Assembly (NCBI RefSeq): GCF_054482525.1
Contig: NZ_CM137006.1
Reading direction: 5' to 3' (one strand)
DNA: 64,000 nt
Shown here piece by piece: positions 42,708 through 52,210 of this stretch (the stretch's first letter is position 1; each line of letters starts with the position of its first letter). The notes beneath the pieces are model-generated. The model ran no database searches and had not been told where the DNA came from. It was given only the letters and a program-made list of their open reading frames with translations. A program made the translations under genes and the position numbers.

Positions 42708-44816
42708 TCAGTACTCTCTCATATCCGGCGTATCCTGCTTTTCATCAGGGGTCTTCGGTGGGGATTTCGAGGCTGCACAGTTCCAGTTAATCAACAGTGA
42801 GTCACCATTAACCTGCTCCTTACCCTGCAAATGAATTTTTGTGCCGTTGAGAAAAATTTGTCCGTCCTTAGTCAGCACCAGCCTTGCCTTACCACAGCAG
42901 AGTTCCAGATGCTCACCGCCGGAGTAAATCGCGGTCTGCCCGGTATCATCCTTTTTCGTTTTACCAACGGTGAAGGTAACGTTATTTCCGACTTTGACGT
43001 CATAACCCAGCCCGACCATCAACGATTTATGCAAACCGATCTGCGAGGACTGCATCAGGGCCACCGAGGTGTTCATAATGCCACCTACCGTCGTCTGATA
43101 CGCCACGCCCACAGTCAGCGCACGAACAAGTCCAATCGTTTCCACCTGAACAGAGCCCACTTTAATGATCTGGTTACTGCCCACCGTCTCTATCTGGTTA
43201 ACACCCACCGTCTGTATCTGATTGTTGGTAACCGCAATCATCTGATTGTTGCCAATGGTCTCAGCATGGTTGTTTATCACATCCGTGGTGCGGTTATTCA
43301 GCACCTCGGTGTTCATGTTCTTCTGCGCGTGGATGTAGACCTGTTCTTTCCCTGTCGCATCGTCAAACTTCAGTTCATTAAACCCGCTGCCCTTATAGGT
43401 TTTCGAACGAATGGTCATCTGCGTCTTTGTTCCCGGCAGGCTGCCGGGGGTGCGGTTTTCCTGGTGGTAGGTACGCCCCATAATAATCGGCTGGTCCGGA
43501 TCGCCGTTGAGGAAGTCCACAATGACTTCCTGACCCACACGCGGTATCGCCAGGTTGCCAAAGCCGGTGCCTGCCCACGCCTGTGCCACACGGATCCAGC
43601 ATGAACTGTCCTGGTTTGACGGGTTATAGCGGTCCCAGTTAAATTTCACCCGCACGCGGCCATGTTCATCACAGAAGATTTCTTCTCCTGCCGGTCCCGT
43701 CACGACGGCGCTCTGCGGGCCGTCCACCAGCGGTTTCAGCAACGGCTGTGGCCGCCATGTTCTGTCTGCCGGTATTACCGCAAAGTGGTTATTCAGCGTG
43801 GTACCTGAACCCCTGCGTCCCGGCACCGCCTGCGGCTGCTCGCCGTGCAGTTCACTTGCCACCACCTGCCATTCCCGGTTCAGGTTCGCCTGCGGATGCC
43901 CCGTCAGCGCAATTCGCCGTCCCGGCCATATCTCCGGCGAACGGCTTGTTCCGCGCGCCACTTCTGCGTTGTTTCGCCAGCCATCCATCTGCCAGCAGGC
44001 AAAGTTCTGCCCGTGGGCACCCTTGAAACGTCCGGGGTAGTCATACACTTCATACTGTGTGCGCTGGTAATCCTGGTGCTGGCCTTCCTGATCAAAACGC
44101 CCTGCCCAGCCGGGTCGTTTAAAGGTGTAGTCTTTGGTCACCACGGAAGATGGGCGGATTTGTGCGCTGTAGAGGAACTGGCTGATGCATAGGGTGCTCA
44201 CCTCGGTACGGGTGTTCGGATTCCAGGGGATCTCAAAGGACTCCGGCAGATAACGCACGGTGTCGCACAGGACCAGGCTCTGGTCGGTACTTTTTTGCGC
44301 GTGCTCCTCATAAAAGAAGATGCCTTCCTCCGCCGCCATCCGGCACAGGAAATCGTAATCGGTTTCGCCGTACTGGACACAAAACTCACGGGAAGGATGC
44401 GGCTCGCTGAACAGCGGACTCCACTCGGTCACCCCGTTTTCTTTCAGGATCGTCGCGAGTATGCTTTCGATGTCCTCATTCTGGAAGATACGGAAGTTCT
44501 GGCGCAGCCCTGTGCGCCACAGCGGTGGGCACACCTTCATGCTGTACAGCATCTGGTTTTTGTCGTTCTCCCCCAGTTCAAACCAGGTCACCACACCTTT
44601 CACCCGGCGCTGTACGTCATCGCCCTGCCATACCGTCAGGTAGGCCATTTTGTCCAGCACCTGCGCAAATTCAAGGGAGAGAAACTGCTGGCTGACCAGA
44701 GAGAGATCGAGGGAAAAGAGCGAAGAGAGTGACTGGTTCAGATGAAAGGAGACCACCGCAAACGCGTCCGGTGGCAGGCCGTCCACTTCCAGCGTGAAAC
44801 GTAATCCGGTTGACAT
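42708..44816 (-). CDS. vgrG: type VI secretion spike protein VgrG (TssI)
   Basis: 702 aa with VgrG-type gp27/gp5-like layout; immediately upstream of the Rhs gene. Confidence 0.9.
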   Translation of the reverse strand: MSTGLRFTLEVDGLPPDAFAVVSFHLNQSLSSLFSLDLSLVSQQFLSLEFAQVLDKMAYLTVWQGDDVQRRVKGVVTWFELGENDKNQMLYSMKVCPPLWRTGLRQNFRIFQNEDIESILATILKENGVTEWSPLFSEPHPSREFCVQYGETDYDFLCRMAAEEGIFFYEEHAQKSTDQSLVLCDTVRYLPESFEIPWNPNTRTEVSTLCISQFLYSAQIRPSSVVTKDYTFKRPGWAGRFDQEGQHQDYQRTQYEVYDYPGRFKGAHGQNFACWQMDGWRNNAEVARGTSRSPEIWPGRRIALTGHPQANLNREWQVVASELHGEQPQAVPGRRGSGTTLNNHFAVIPADRTWRPQPLLKPLVDGPQSAVVTGPAGEEIFCDEHGRVRVKFNWDRYNPSNQDSSCWIRVAQAWAGTGFGNLAIPRVGQEVIVDFLNGDPDQPIIMGRTYHQENRTPGSLPGTKTQMTIRSKTYKGSGFNELKFDDATGKEQVYIHAQKNMNTEVLNNRTTDVINNHAETIGNNQMIAVTNNQIQTVGVNQIETVGSNQIIKVGSVQVETIGLVRALTVGVAYQTTVGGIMNTSVALMQSSQIGLHKSLMVGLGYDVKVGNNVTFTVGKTKKDDTGQTAIYSGGEHLELCCGKARLVLTKDGQIFLNGTKIHLQGKEQVNGDSLLINWNCAASKSPPKTPDEKQDTPDMREY

Positions 44817-45025
44817 AGCAACCTCCGGGTTTAAGGAAAAACAGACAGTTCGCTGTTAAAGCGGCTGTAACAGTACAGTGTTACGCTTGCGTTCAGGCAC
44901 GCTACCGCCGAAGTTTCCGGCATCCGCCATCTCCCGTGAACGTAACCCCTTACTGACAACCTTTCTTTTTACGGCGTAATACAAAAACAGCATCCGGCCT
45001 AATAGCCGGATGCTGTTGGCTTAAC

Positions 45026-45544
45026 TTATGCTTCCAGCGGTGCGCGCCAGTCGTCGGCACCGGAGGTGCCAGACTTGACGTGTTCCCACTCTATTTTGCG
45101 GTAGGCCAGTGAAACTTCGAGCAACTGGGTGAACTCGCGTTTCGCCGGATCCTGGCAATGCGGCATATGCAGTTTCATATCGACAATCGTCGAATCGGTC
45201 AGGCGGGTGGTGAAATAATGCTCCTGTTTGCCTTCCACAGAGGTACGCCACCAGTGAAGTTCAGTGGTTGGCAGCATTTCGCCGGAGGCCAGTGCGTTGT
45301 ACATCAGCGGAACAGCTTTGTTCAGCGCCACGGTAAAAATGAACGGCTTGTGAGCACGCTGACCCGCAGGCTGGCCGGACTGAGGATCGGTCGGGACAGT
45401 AACGTTATGCAGGAATTCCTGCACCAGCATCTCGTCTTCGTGCCCCTGCACATAGATGTTGCCGACAGAATCAGCGGTAAATGCACCTGCAGTAATATTT
45501 CCCTGGGTCTGACCTGTGATGGAGATATAACACGGTGTTGGCAT
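45026..45544 (-). CDS. hcp: type VI secretion tube protein Hcp (TssD)
   Basis: 172 aa translation with typical Hcp sequence (MPTPCYISITGQTQGNITAGAFTADSVGNIYVQGHEDEMLVQEF...). Confidence 0.9.
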   Translation of the reverse strand: MPTPCYISITGQTQGNITAGAFTADSVGNIYVQGHEDEMLVQEFLHNVTVPTDPQSGQPAGQRAHKPFIFTVALNKAVPLMYNALASGEMLPTTELHWWRTSVEGKQEHYFTTRLTDSTIVDMKLHMPHCQDPAKREFTQLLEVSLAYRKIEWEHVKSGTSGADDWRAPLEA

Positions 45545-46240
45545 TTGTAAACTCCTTGTTAACGTGGTTAATTACTACTTACAATGACCTGCCGTTAATC
45601 CCAGACAGGCAGATGCAGCTCACTTCACGGAACCGCATCATTTTTCAGTATTTTTTACATACAAACCGAGCTAGAATTTACGGTTGTCGTAAAAACTATT
45701 TTTAAAATCATTAAATCTCTTATTCAGCAATAAGTTAATAATATATATCTGGATAACCATACCCAACTATTCAAAGTCCGTATTGCCTCCATAAAATGGC
45801 CAAAGCTGAATCATGAATAAATATTGTATTTATCCTTTCTGAATTATCATTTTGATAATTTTTGAGATATTCCTTAAAAATACCCACTTAATCAATCACA
45901 AAACAAATATATAAACAAGCAATCATCAGATTAGCTTATGTTTAATGAAATTATTGTATAATTCAATAAGTTACATAAAAGCTCTATATTTAAATTATTG
46001 CCATAATACACCTGACGCGAATTGCACAGGTTCACACAATCTATTTAACGCTTGCAGAATACCCCTCTTTACGATCGATAAAAAGTCCTTTTCTTATTTA
46101 TTTTGAAGCGTAGAATGCGGGGTGATGAAGGAGTGGTGATTTTATTTTCACCGCCATTATGGCGGCATTGCCGATATTTTTTTGCGGTACAAATATGCCG
46201 TGTTCATGGCCTGTACGAGATAACATGACGGATCACTTTT
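45545..46240. promoter_or_regulatory. AT-rich divergent hcp / tssB control region with a Fur-box-like motif near 45841-45860
   Basis: About 700 bp without convincing ORFs between divergent hcp and tssB; gaattatcattttgataatt resembles the Fur consensus. Confidence 0.35.
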
Positions 46241-46741
46241 ATGAGCAAAAAATTTGAAGGCAGCGTCGCGCCTCGCGAGCGTATAAATATATCCTATGTC
46301 CCGAAGACGGACGGCCAGACGGCTGAAGTAGAGCTTCCGCTTAACATGCTCGTTGTCGGCGATACCGGAAATACGCAGGAGACATCCCCACTGGATGAAC
46401 GTCAGGCAGTTTCCGTTAACAAGCACAATTTCGGTGCAGTAATGGCTGAAGCAGCCATTGGCCTCAATTTTACCGTCCCCGCCACGCTGAAGGGAAGCAC
46501 AACGGACGATGAACTGAATGTGGCGCTGAATATCAAGTCACTGGATGATTTTTCACCGGACAGCGTGGCCCGGCAGGTTCCGGAAGTGAATAAATTGCTG
46601 GAACTGCGTGAAGCACTGACTGCGCTGAAGGGGCCGATGGGCAACCTTCCGGCATTCCGTACCCAGCTCCAGGCATTGCTGGAAAATGAGGAGTCCCGCG
46701 AGCAGTTGCTTAAAGAAATCGGCCAGGTGAGTGGGAAATAA
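46241..46741 (+). CDS. tssB: T6SS contractile sheath small subunit TssB (VipA)
   Basis: 166 aa translation typical of TssB (MSKKFEGSVAPRERINISYVPKTDGQTAEVELPLNMLVVGD...). Confidence 0.9.
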   Translation: MSKKFEGSVAPRERINISYVPKTDGQTAEVELPLNMLVVGDTGNTQETSPLDERQAVSVNKHNFGAVMAEAAIGLNFTVPATLKGSTTDDELNVALNIKSLDDFSPDSVARQVPEVNKLLELREALTALKGPMGNLPAFRTQLQALLENEESREQLLKEIGQVSGK

Positions 46742-46775
46742 CCACCACTATTTCATTAAACAGGGTTATCCAGAC

Positions 46776-46982
46776 ATGGCGGCACACAAAAATATCTCCG
46801 GGAAACACCCCCTCTCTGACGAAGACATTTTGCAGGCGGTTTACCGGGTATGTTTCAGCCCGTCCGGTGAAATCAACCGGGATGGCGTGGATGCGCTGAT
46901 TACAACACTGGATCGCCGTATCAGTGATCTATTGGATGAGATTATCCATCTTTGTGAGTTTCAGCAGAGCGCGCCGTACTGA
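46776..46982 (+). CDS. hypothetical small protein between tssB and tssC (coding status uncertain)
   Basis: ORF 46731..46982 with an internal ATG at 46776; occupies an unusually long tssB-tssC spacer. No domain recognised. Confidence 0.25.
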   Translation: MAAHKNISGKHPLSDEDILQAVYRVCFSPSGEINRDGVDALITTLDRRISDLLDEIIHLCEFQQSAPY

Positions 46983-47050
46983 CGGCGCGTACTTCACTGA
47001 CGGCGAAAACCCGGTTTCAGAAACACAGCTAAAACAGAAGGATTTTCAGT

Positions 47051-48526
47051 ATGTCTTTACAGGAAGAGGAACTCGTTTCCAGTCATGCCGGGCAGACTGA
47101 TCAGGCGTCGTCGCTGCTTGATCAAATCATGGCACAGACCCGTATTCAGCCCGGTTCGGAAGGTTATGACGTTGCCCGCCAGGGTGTGACAGCCTTTATT
47201 GCCAGCATCCTGCAATCCACTGCATCTGCCGAACCGGTCAATAAACTGGCCGTGGACAGCATGATTGCAGATATAGATGAACGCATCAGCCGCCAGATGG
47301 ATGTCATCATCCATGCGCCTGCCTTTCAGCAGGTCGAGTCGTTCTGGCGCTCACTGAAAACCATGGTGGATCGCGTTGATTTCCGTGAAAACATCAAGGT
47401 CAACGTGCTTCATGTCACGAAGCAGGAACTTCTGGAAGACTTTGAATTTGCCCCAGAAATTATTCAGTCCGGATTTTATAAACACGTTTATTCGTCCGGA
47501 TTCGGACAGTTTGGTGGTGAACCCATCGCTGCCGTGCTGGGCGCTTATGAGTTCAAAAATACCGCTCCTGACATGAAACTGCTGCAATACGTCAGTGCCG
47601 TGGGCGCAATGGCGCACGCACCGTTCCTCTCCTCCGTTTCCCCGGAGTTTATGGGGCTGAACTCGTGGACCGAACTGCCTAATATCAAAGATCTTTATGC
47701 CATCTTTGAAGGTCCGGCCTACACCAAATGGCGCGCCCTGCGTGACTCGGAAGATTCGCGCTATTTAGGGCTTACGGCACCCCGCTTCCTGCTTCGCCAG
47801 CCTTATTCACCAACAGATAACCCTGTTAAGAACTTTAACTATCACGAAGATGTCAGCCGGAACCACGAAGATTATCTGTGGGGTAATACGGCCTGGATGC
47901 TGGCGTGCAATGTCGCAGACAGTTTTGCCAAATACCGCTGGTGTCCAAATATCATCGGTCCGCAAAGCGGCGGCGCAGTGAAAGATCTGCCGGTGCATCT
48001 GTTCGAAACGATGGGTCAGATTCAGGCCAAAATCCCAACCGAGGTGCTGGTCACCGATCGCCGCGAATTTGAACTGGCTGAAGAGGGTTTTATCACCCTT
48101 ACCATGCGTAAAGACTCTGATAATGCAGCCTTTTTCTCTGCAAACTCGGTACAAAAACCGAAGCACTTTCCGGGCAAAGACGCAGAAACCAACTATAAGT
48201 TGGGTACGCAGCTTCCTTATCTCTTCATCATCAATCGGTTAGCGCACTACATCAAGGTGTTGCAGCGTGAACAACTGGGGTCATGGAAAGAAAGGAGCGA
48301 CTTAGAGAGGGAGCTTAATACCTGGATCCGTCAGTATGTTGCCGACCAGGAAAACCCGCCTGCGGACGTGCGCAGCCGCAAGCCTCTGCGTGCTGCCAGA
48401 GTTGAGGTTATGGATGTGGAAGGCGAACCCGGCTGGTACCAGGTCGCGCTGAGCGTGCGGCCCCATTTTAAATTTATGGGGGCAAACTTTGAGCTATCCC
48501 TGGTTGGCCGGTTAGACAGGGAGTAA
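47051..48526 (+). CDS. tssC: T6SS contractile sheath large subunit TssC (VipB)
   Basis: 491 aa translation typical of TssC. Confidence 0.9.
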   Translation: MSLQEEELVSSHAGQTDQASSLLDQIMAQTRIQPGSEGYDVARQGVTAFIASILQSTASAEPVNKLAVDSMIADIDERISRQMDVIIHAPAFQQVESFWRSLKTMVDRVDFRENIKVNVLHVTKQELLEDFEFAPEIIQSGFYKHVYSSGFGQFGGEPIAAVLGAYEFKNTAPDMKLLQYVSAVGAMAHAPFLSSVSPEFMGLNSWTELPNIKDLYAIFEGPAYTKWRALRDSEDSRYLGLTAPRFLLRQPYSPTDNPVKNFNYHEDVSRNHEDYLWGNTAWMLACNVADSFAKYRWCPNIIGPQSGGAVKDLPVHLFETMGQIQAKIPTEVLVTDRREFELAEEGFITLTMRKDSDNAAFFSANSVQKPKHFPGKDAETNYKLGTQLPYLFIINRLAHYIKVLQREQLGSWKERSDLERELNTWIRQYVADQENPPADVRSRKPLRAARVEVMDVEGEPGWYQVALSVRPHFKFMGANFELSLVGRLDRE

Positions 48527-48532
48527 CACGCC

Positions 48533-48946
48533 ATGATACCGGATCGGGAAAGAACCACAGGTTCTCTTTTTGAGCGTATGGAAGCCTCACCGGCCAGAAA
48601 CTGGCAAGGAAGCAGTATTCATGCGCTCAGGCAGTCCATTCGCCAGAACCTGCGAAACATTCTTAATACCCGGTCCGGTAGTTGCCGGGGTGCGCCTGAA
48701 CTGGGCATTGATGAACCTGCAGGGGCTGAAAACTTCCGCGAATCAATGAGTCTGGCCATCGCGCAATGTATAGAACGCTATGAACCCCGGATCTCACACG
48801 CTGAAGTGCAGGCTGTGGTTTCATCCGCCGCCAGCCCGCTGGATATGACGTTTCATATTACAGCCAGGGTGACATTTAACGAAACGCATGAAGTGCTTGA
48901 ATTTGATATGGCACCGAATGGCAGCCAGCATTATCGGGTGGACTGA
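48533..48946 (+). CDS. tssE: T6SS baseplate protein TssE (gp25-like)
   Basis: 137 aa with gp25-like motif region (LRQSIRQNLRNILNTRSGSC). Confidence 0.85.
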   Translation: MIPDRERTTGSLFERMEASPARNWQGSSIHALRQSIRQNLRNILNTRSGSCRGAPELGIDEPAGAENFRESMSLAIAQCIERYEPRISHAEVQAVVSSAASPLDMTFHITARVTFNETHEVLEFDMAPNGSQHYRVD

Positions 48947-48949
48947 CAG

Positions 48950-50800
48950 ATGGAATTTGAAGAACGCTATTTCCGGGAAGAACTCGATTACCTGCGCCAG
49001 CTCAGCAAGCTGCTGGCAACGGAAAAACCCCATCTTGCCCGCTTCCTGGCCGAAAAAGATGCGGATCCGGATATTGAACGCCTGCTGGAAGGCGTGGCTT
49101 TTCTTACCGGCAATCTCCGCCAGAAAATTGAGGATGAATTCCCAGAACTGACGCACGGGCTTATTAAGATGCTCTGGCCTAATTACCTGCGTCCGGTTCC
49201 GGCAATGACCCTTATTGAATATACGCCGGATATGGATAAGTCTTCTGTGCCGGTGTTAATCCCCCGTAATGAGCAGTTTACAACCAAAGCCGGGGAAATC
49301 AGAGTCGATGAAGTGCTGCCCTCCGATGCTAAAAAGGAGGAGCCGCCTCCCTGTACCTTCACCCTCTGCCGGGATATCTGGCTGCTGCCCGTTCGCCTGG
49401 AGCAGATTGAAAACCGCAGTACGACCCGTAATGGTGTTATCAACATCACCTTTTCGGTCGCACCGGGAACGGACTTCCGCACGCTGGATCTGAACAAACT
49501 TCGCTTCTGGCTCGGCAATGACGACAACTATACCCGTGACCAGCTTTATTTATGGTTCTGTGAATACTTGCAGGGTGCCGACCTGACTGTGGGTGAACAG
49601 CATATTCGCCTGCCTGAGTTTATGCTGAAAGCTGTCGGTTTTGAGCCGCAGGATGCCATGCTGCCCTGGCCGAAAAACCTCCACAGCGGCTACCGGATCC
49701 TTCAGGAGTATTTCTGTTACCCGGATGCGTTTCTCTTTTTTGATCTTTGTGGTTGCCCGGCGTTGCCTGACGGATTGCAGGCTGAATCCTTTACCCTGCA
49801 ACTGCGTTTTTCGCGCCCATTGCCCGTGGACATCCGGCTGCGCCGCGATTCTCTGCGCCTGTATTGCGCACCTGCCATTAATTTATTTATCCACCATGCA
49901 GAAGCCATCACGCTGGACAACCGGCGGGCAGACTATCCGCTGGTTCCCAGCCGCCACTATCCGGAACATTACGATGTCTTTTCCGTTAACGGCGTGGTGA
50001 GCCAGGTGCAGGATATGTTCAGGAAAAAAGATCTGGGGCGTCCTGTTTCGACGCAGGCCGCGCGCCAGTGGCCTGCCTTTGAAAGTTTCAGCCATCAGAT
50101 GGAATACAGCCGGAAGCGGGAAGTGGTGTACTGGCATCACCGGACCAAAACATCCCTGTTCCATCGCGGCTTTGATCATACCCTTGCTTTTATACATGCT
50201 GATGGCAGTTATCCGTCAGACGAATCGCTGCTCAGTAATGAAGTGGTTTCGGTATCGCTGACCTGTACCAACCGTGAGCTTCCGTCACAAATTCGTTCCG
50301 GCGATATCACCGGCACAACCGGTAAAAATGCGGCTGTTGCTTCATTTCGCAACATTACCCGCCCGACGCAACCGCTCTGGCCGGTCATTGATGGCAGCCT
50401 GCACTGGTCCCTGCTCTCCGCCATGAACCTGAATTATCTGTCATTACTGGATACGGACGCGCTGAAGCAGGTCATCGCCAACTTTGATCGCCACGCAATC
50501 CATCATCCGCAGACGGCGCGGCTGTCACAACAAAAGCTGGATGCCATTGAGCGTCTGGAGACCCGCCCTGTCGATCGCCTGTTTACGGGCATTCCCGTCC
50601 GGGGGCTGGCCTCCACGCTGTATCTGCACCCGGAGCCGTTTGTCTGTGAAGGGGAAATGTATCTGCTTGGTACGGTGCTTTCGCATTTTCTGTCGCTGTA
50701 CGCCAGCGTTAACTCATTCCACATGCTGACCGTTGTGAACACAGAAAGCCAGGAGACATGGAAATGGACGGAAAGAACCGGGCAGCATCCTCTTATCTGA
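48950..50800 (+). CDS. tssF: T6SS baseplate protein TssF
   Basis: 616 aa translation typical of TssF. Confidence 0.85.
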   Translation: MEFEERYFREELDYLRQLSKLLATEKPHLARFLAEKDADPDIERLLEGVAFLTGNLRQKIEDEFPELTHGLIKMLWPNYLRPVPAMTLIEYTPDMDKSSVPVLIPRNEQFTTKAGEIRVDEVLPSDAKKEEPPPCTFTLCRDIWLLPVRLEQIENRSTTRNGVINITFSVAPGTDFRTLDLNKLRFWLGNDDNYTRDQLYLWFCEYLQGADLTVGEQHIRLPEFMLKAVGFEPQDAMLPWPKNLHSGYRILQEYFCYPDAFLFFDLCGCPALPDGLQAESFTLQLRFSRPLPVDIRLRRDSLRLYCAPAINLFIHHAEAITLDNRRADYPLVPSRHYPEHYDVFSVNGVVSQVQDMFRKKDLGRPVSTQAARQWPAFESFSHQMEYSRKREVVYWHHRTKTSLFHRGFDHTLAFIHADGSYPSDESLLSNEVVSVSLTCTNRELPSQIRSGDITGTTGKNAAVASFRNITRPTQPLWPVIDGSLHWSLLSAMNLNYLSLLDTDALKQVIANFDRHAIHHPQTARLSQQKLDAIERLETRPVDRLFTGIPVRGLASTLYLHPEPFVCEGEMYLLGTVLSHFLSLYASVNSFHMLTVVNTESQETWKWTERTGQHPLI

Positions 50801-51846
50801 GTCCGGGAAATCCCCCGGCAGATAAAGAGCAGAATGATCCGCTGGCACAGGTTTTTCATAACGCCTGCTCTTACAATTTTTTTGCCATGGCGGAGCTGTT
50901 GCACCGCCTGGCACAGGGTGAAAAGGGGACGCTGGAATTATCCCTGCGCGACGATCCGGCACAGGAAACCCTGCGTTTCAGCGCCGATGCCAGCCTTGCG
51001 TTTCCCCTGAGTGATATCAGTGCGCTGAAACGGGATACGTCAGGGTCATTCAGGATGACCACCACCTTTATGGGGTTACAGGGGAGCCAGTCGCCTCTCC
51101 CCGGTTATTACCTCGATCACCTGGCCTGGAAAGCGGTACATGAACAAAGTCCGGTAGGTGATTTTCTGGATATGTTCAGCCACCGCCTGACCCAGTTTGT
51201 CTGGCATATCTGGCGTAAGTACCGCTATCACATCAGTTTTCGTAACGGCGGTGTGGATGCGTTCTCGCAGCGCATGTACTCCCTTGTCGGGCTGGGCCAC
51301 CGCCACCTTCGCGATAAGCTGGCGATTAATCACAGCAAAATGCTGGCGTATTCCGGGATCCTGGCAAATCCGGGACGATCCCCGGAAATCATCTGCGGTC
51401 TGGTGTCCCACTGCTTTGATTTGTCAGACGTGATGCTGCAAAACTGGCAACGTCGCAAGGTGGATATTGAACCGGATCAGCAAAATAGCCTGGGGAGCTA
51501 TTCACTTAAAAATGGCGAAAAACTGGCAGGAAGATCGGTACTGGGCAACTTTGTTCTGGGTACACGGGTGCCCGATCTCAGCGGAAAATTCCAGCTCAGT
51601 ATTACCAGCCTGACCCGAAAACAGTTCCTCTCTTTTCTGCCGTCCGGCGAAAACTTCCTGCCACTGACGATGTTTGTGTCCTTCATCCTGCGCGATCAGC
51701 TTGCCTGGGACTTACATCTGGGGCTGGCGCCGGAGCAGGTGGGCGCAATGCGCCTGGGCGATAACAAAAGTGCGCTGCTGGGCTGGACCAGCTTCCTCGG
51801 CACACCGGAAGAACGACCCTCAGTCACCATCAGGGTACGGTCGTAA
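50764..51846 (+). CDS. tssG: T6SS baseplate protein TssG
   Basis: ORF 50758..51846 overlapping the tssF end; second ATG at 50764 has better RBS spacing. Contains YNFFAMAELLHRL. Confidence 0.8.
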   Translation: MDGKNRAASSYLSPGNPPADKEQNDPLAQVFHNACSYNFFAMAELLHRLAQGEKGTLELSLRDDPAQETLRFSADASLAFPLSDISALKRDTSGSFRMTTTFMGLQGSQSPLPGYYLDHLAWKAVHEQSPVGDFLDMFSHRLTQFVWHIWRKYRYHISFRNGGVDAFSQRMYSLVGLGHRHLRDKLAINHSKMLAYSGILANPGRSPEIICGLVSHCFDLSDVMLQNWQRRKVDIEPDQQNSLGSYSLKNGEKLAGRSVLGNFVLGTRVPDLSGKFQLSITSLTRKQFLSFLPSGENFLPLTMFVSFILRDQLAWDLHLGLAPEQVGAMRLGDNKSALLGWTSFLGTPEERPSVTIRVRS

Positions 51847-52210
51847 ATTATGATAATCACGGAGCAGAATATGCCGGAAGAGAAACTACAGACGCTTTCA
51901 TTGCAGGTCATTAACGGCAGTGAGCTGGAAAGCGGGCGGGCGGCGCGCTGTCTGTTCACACAGCAGGGAAATGTCGGCCATGGCCCCGAATGCCACTGGT
52001 CGGTACAGGATCGTCAGCAGAGCATTCCGGCTCAGGCTTTTACCGTTATCCTGCACGATGGCACATTTTGTCTGCGCCCGCAGACGGCACAACTGTGGCT
52101 GAACCAGGCAAAAGTCACAGCAACATCAGACCTGATACAGCTGCGCCAGGGCGATGAGATCCAGATAGGGCGTCTGATGGTGAGGGTTCATCTGAACCGG
52201 GGAGATATCC

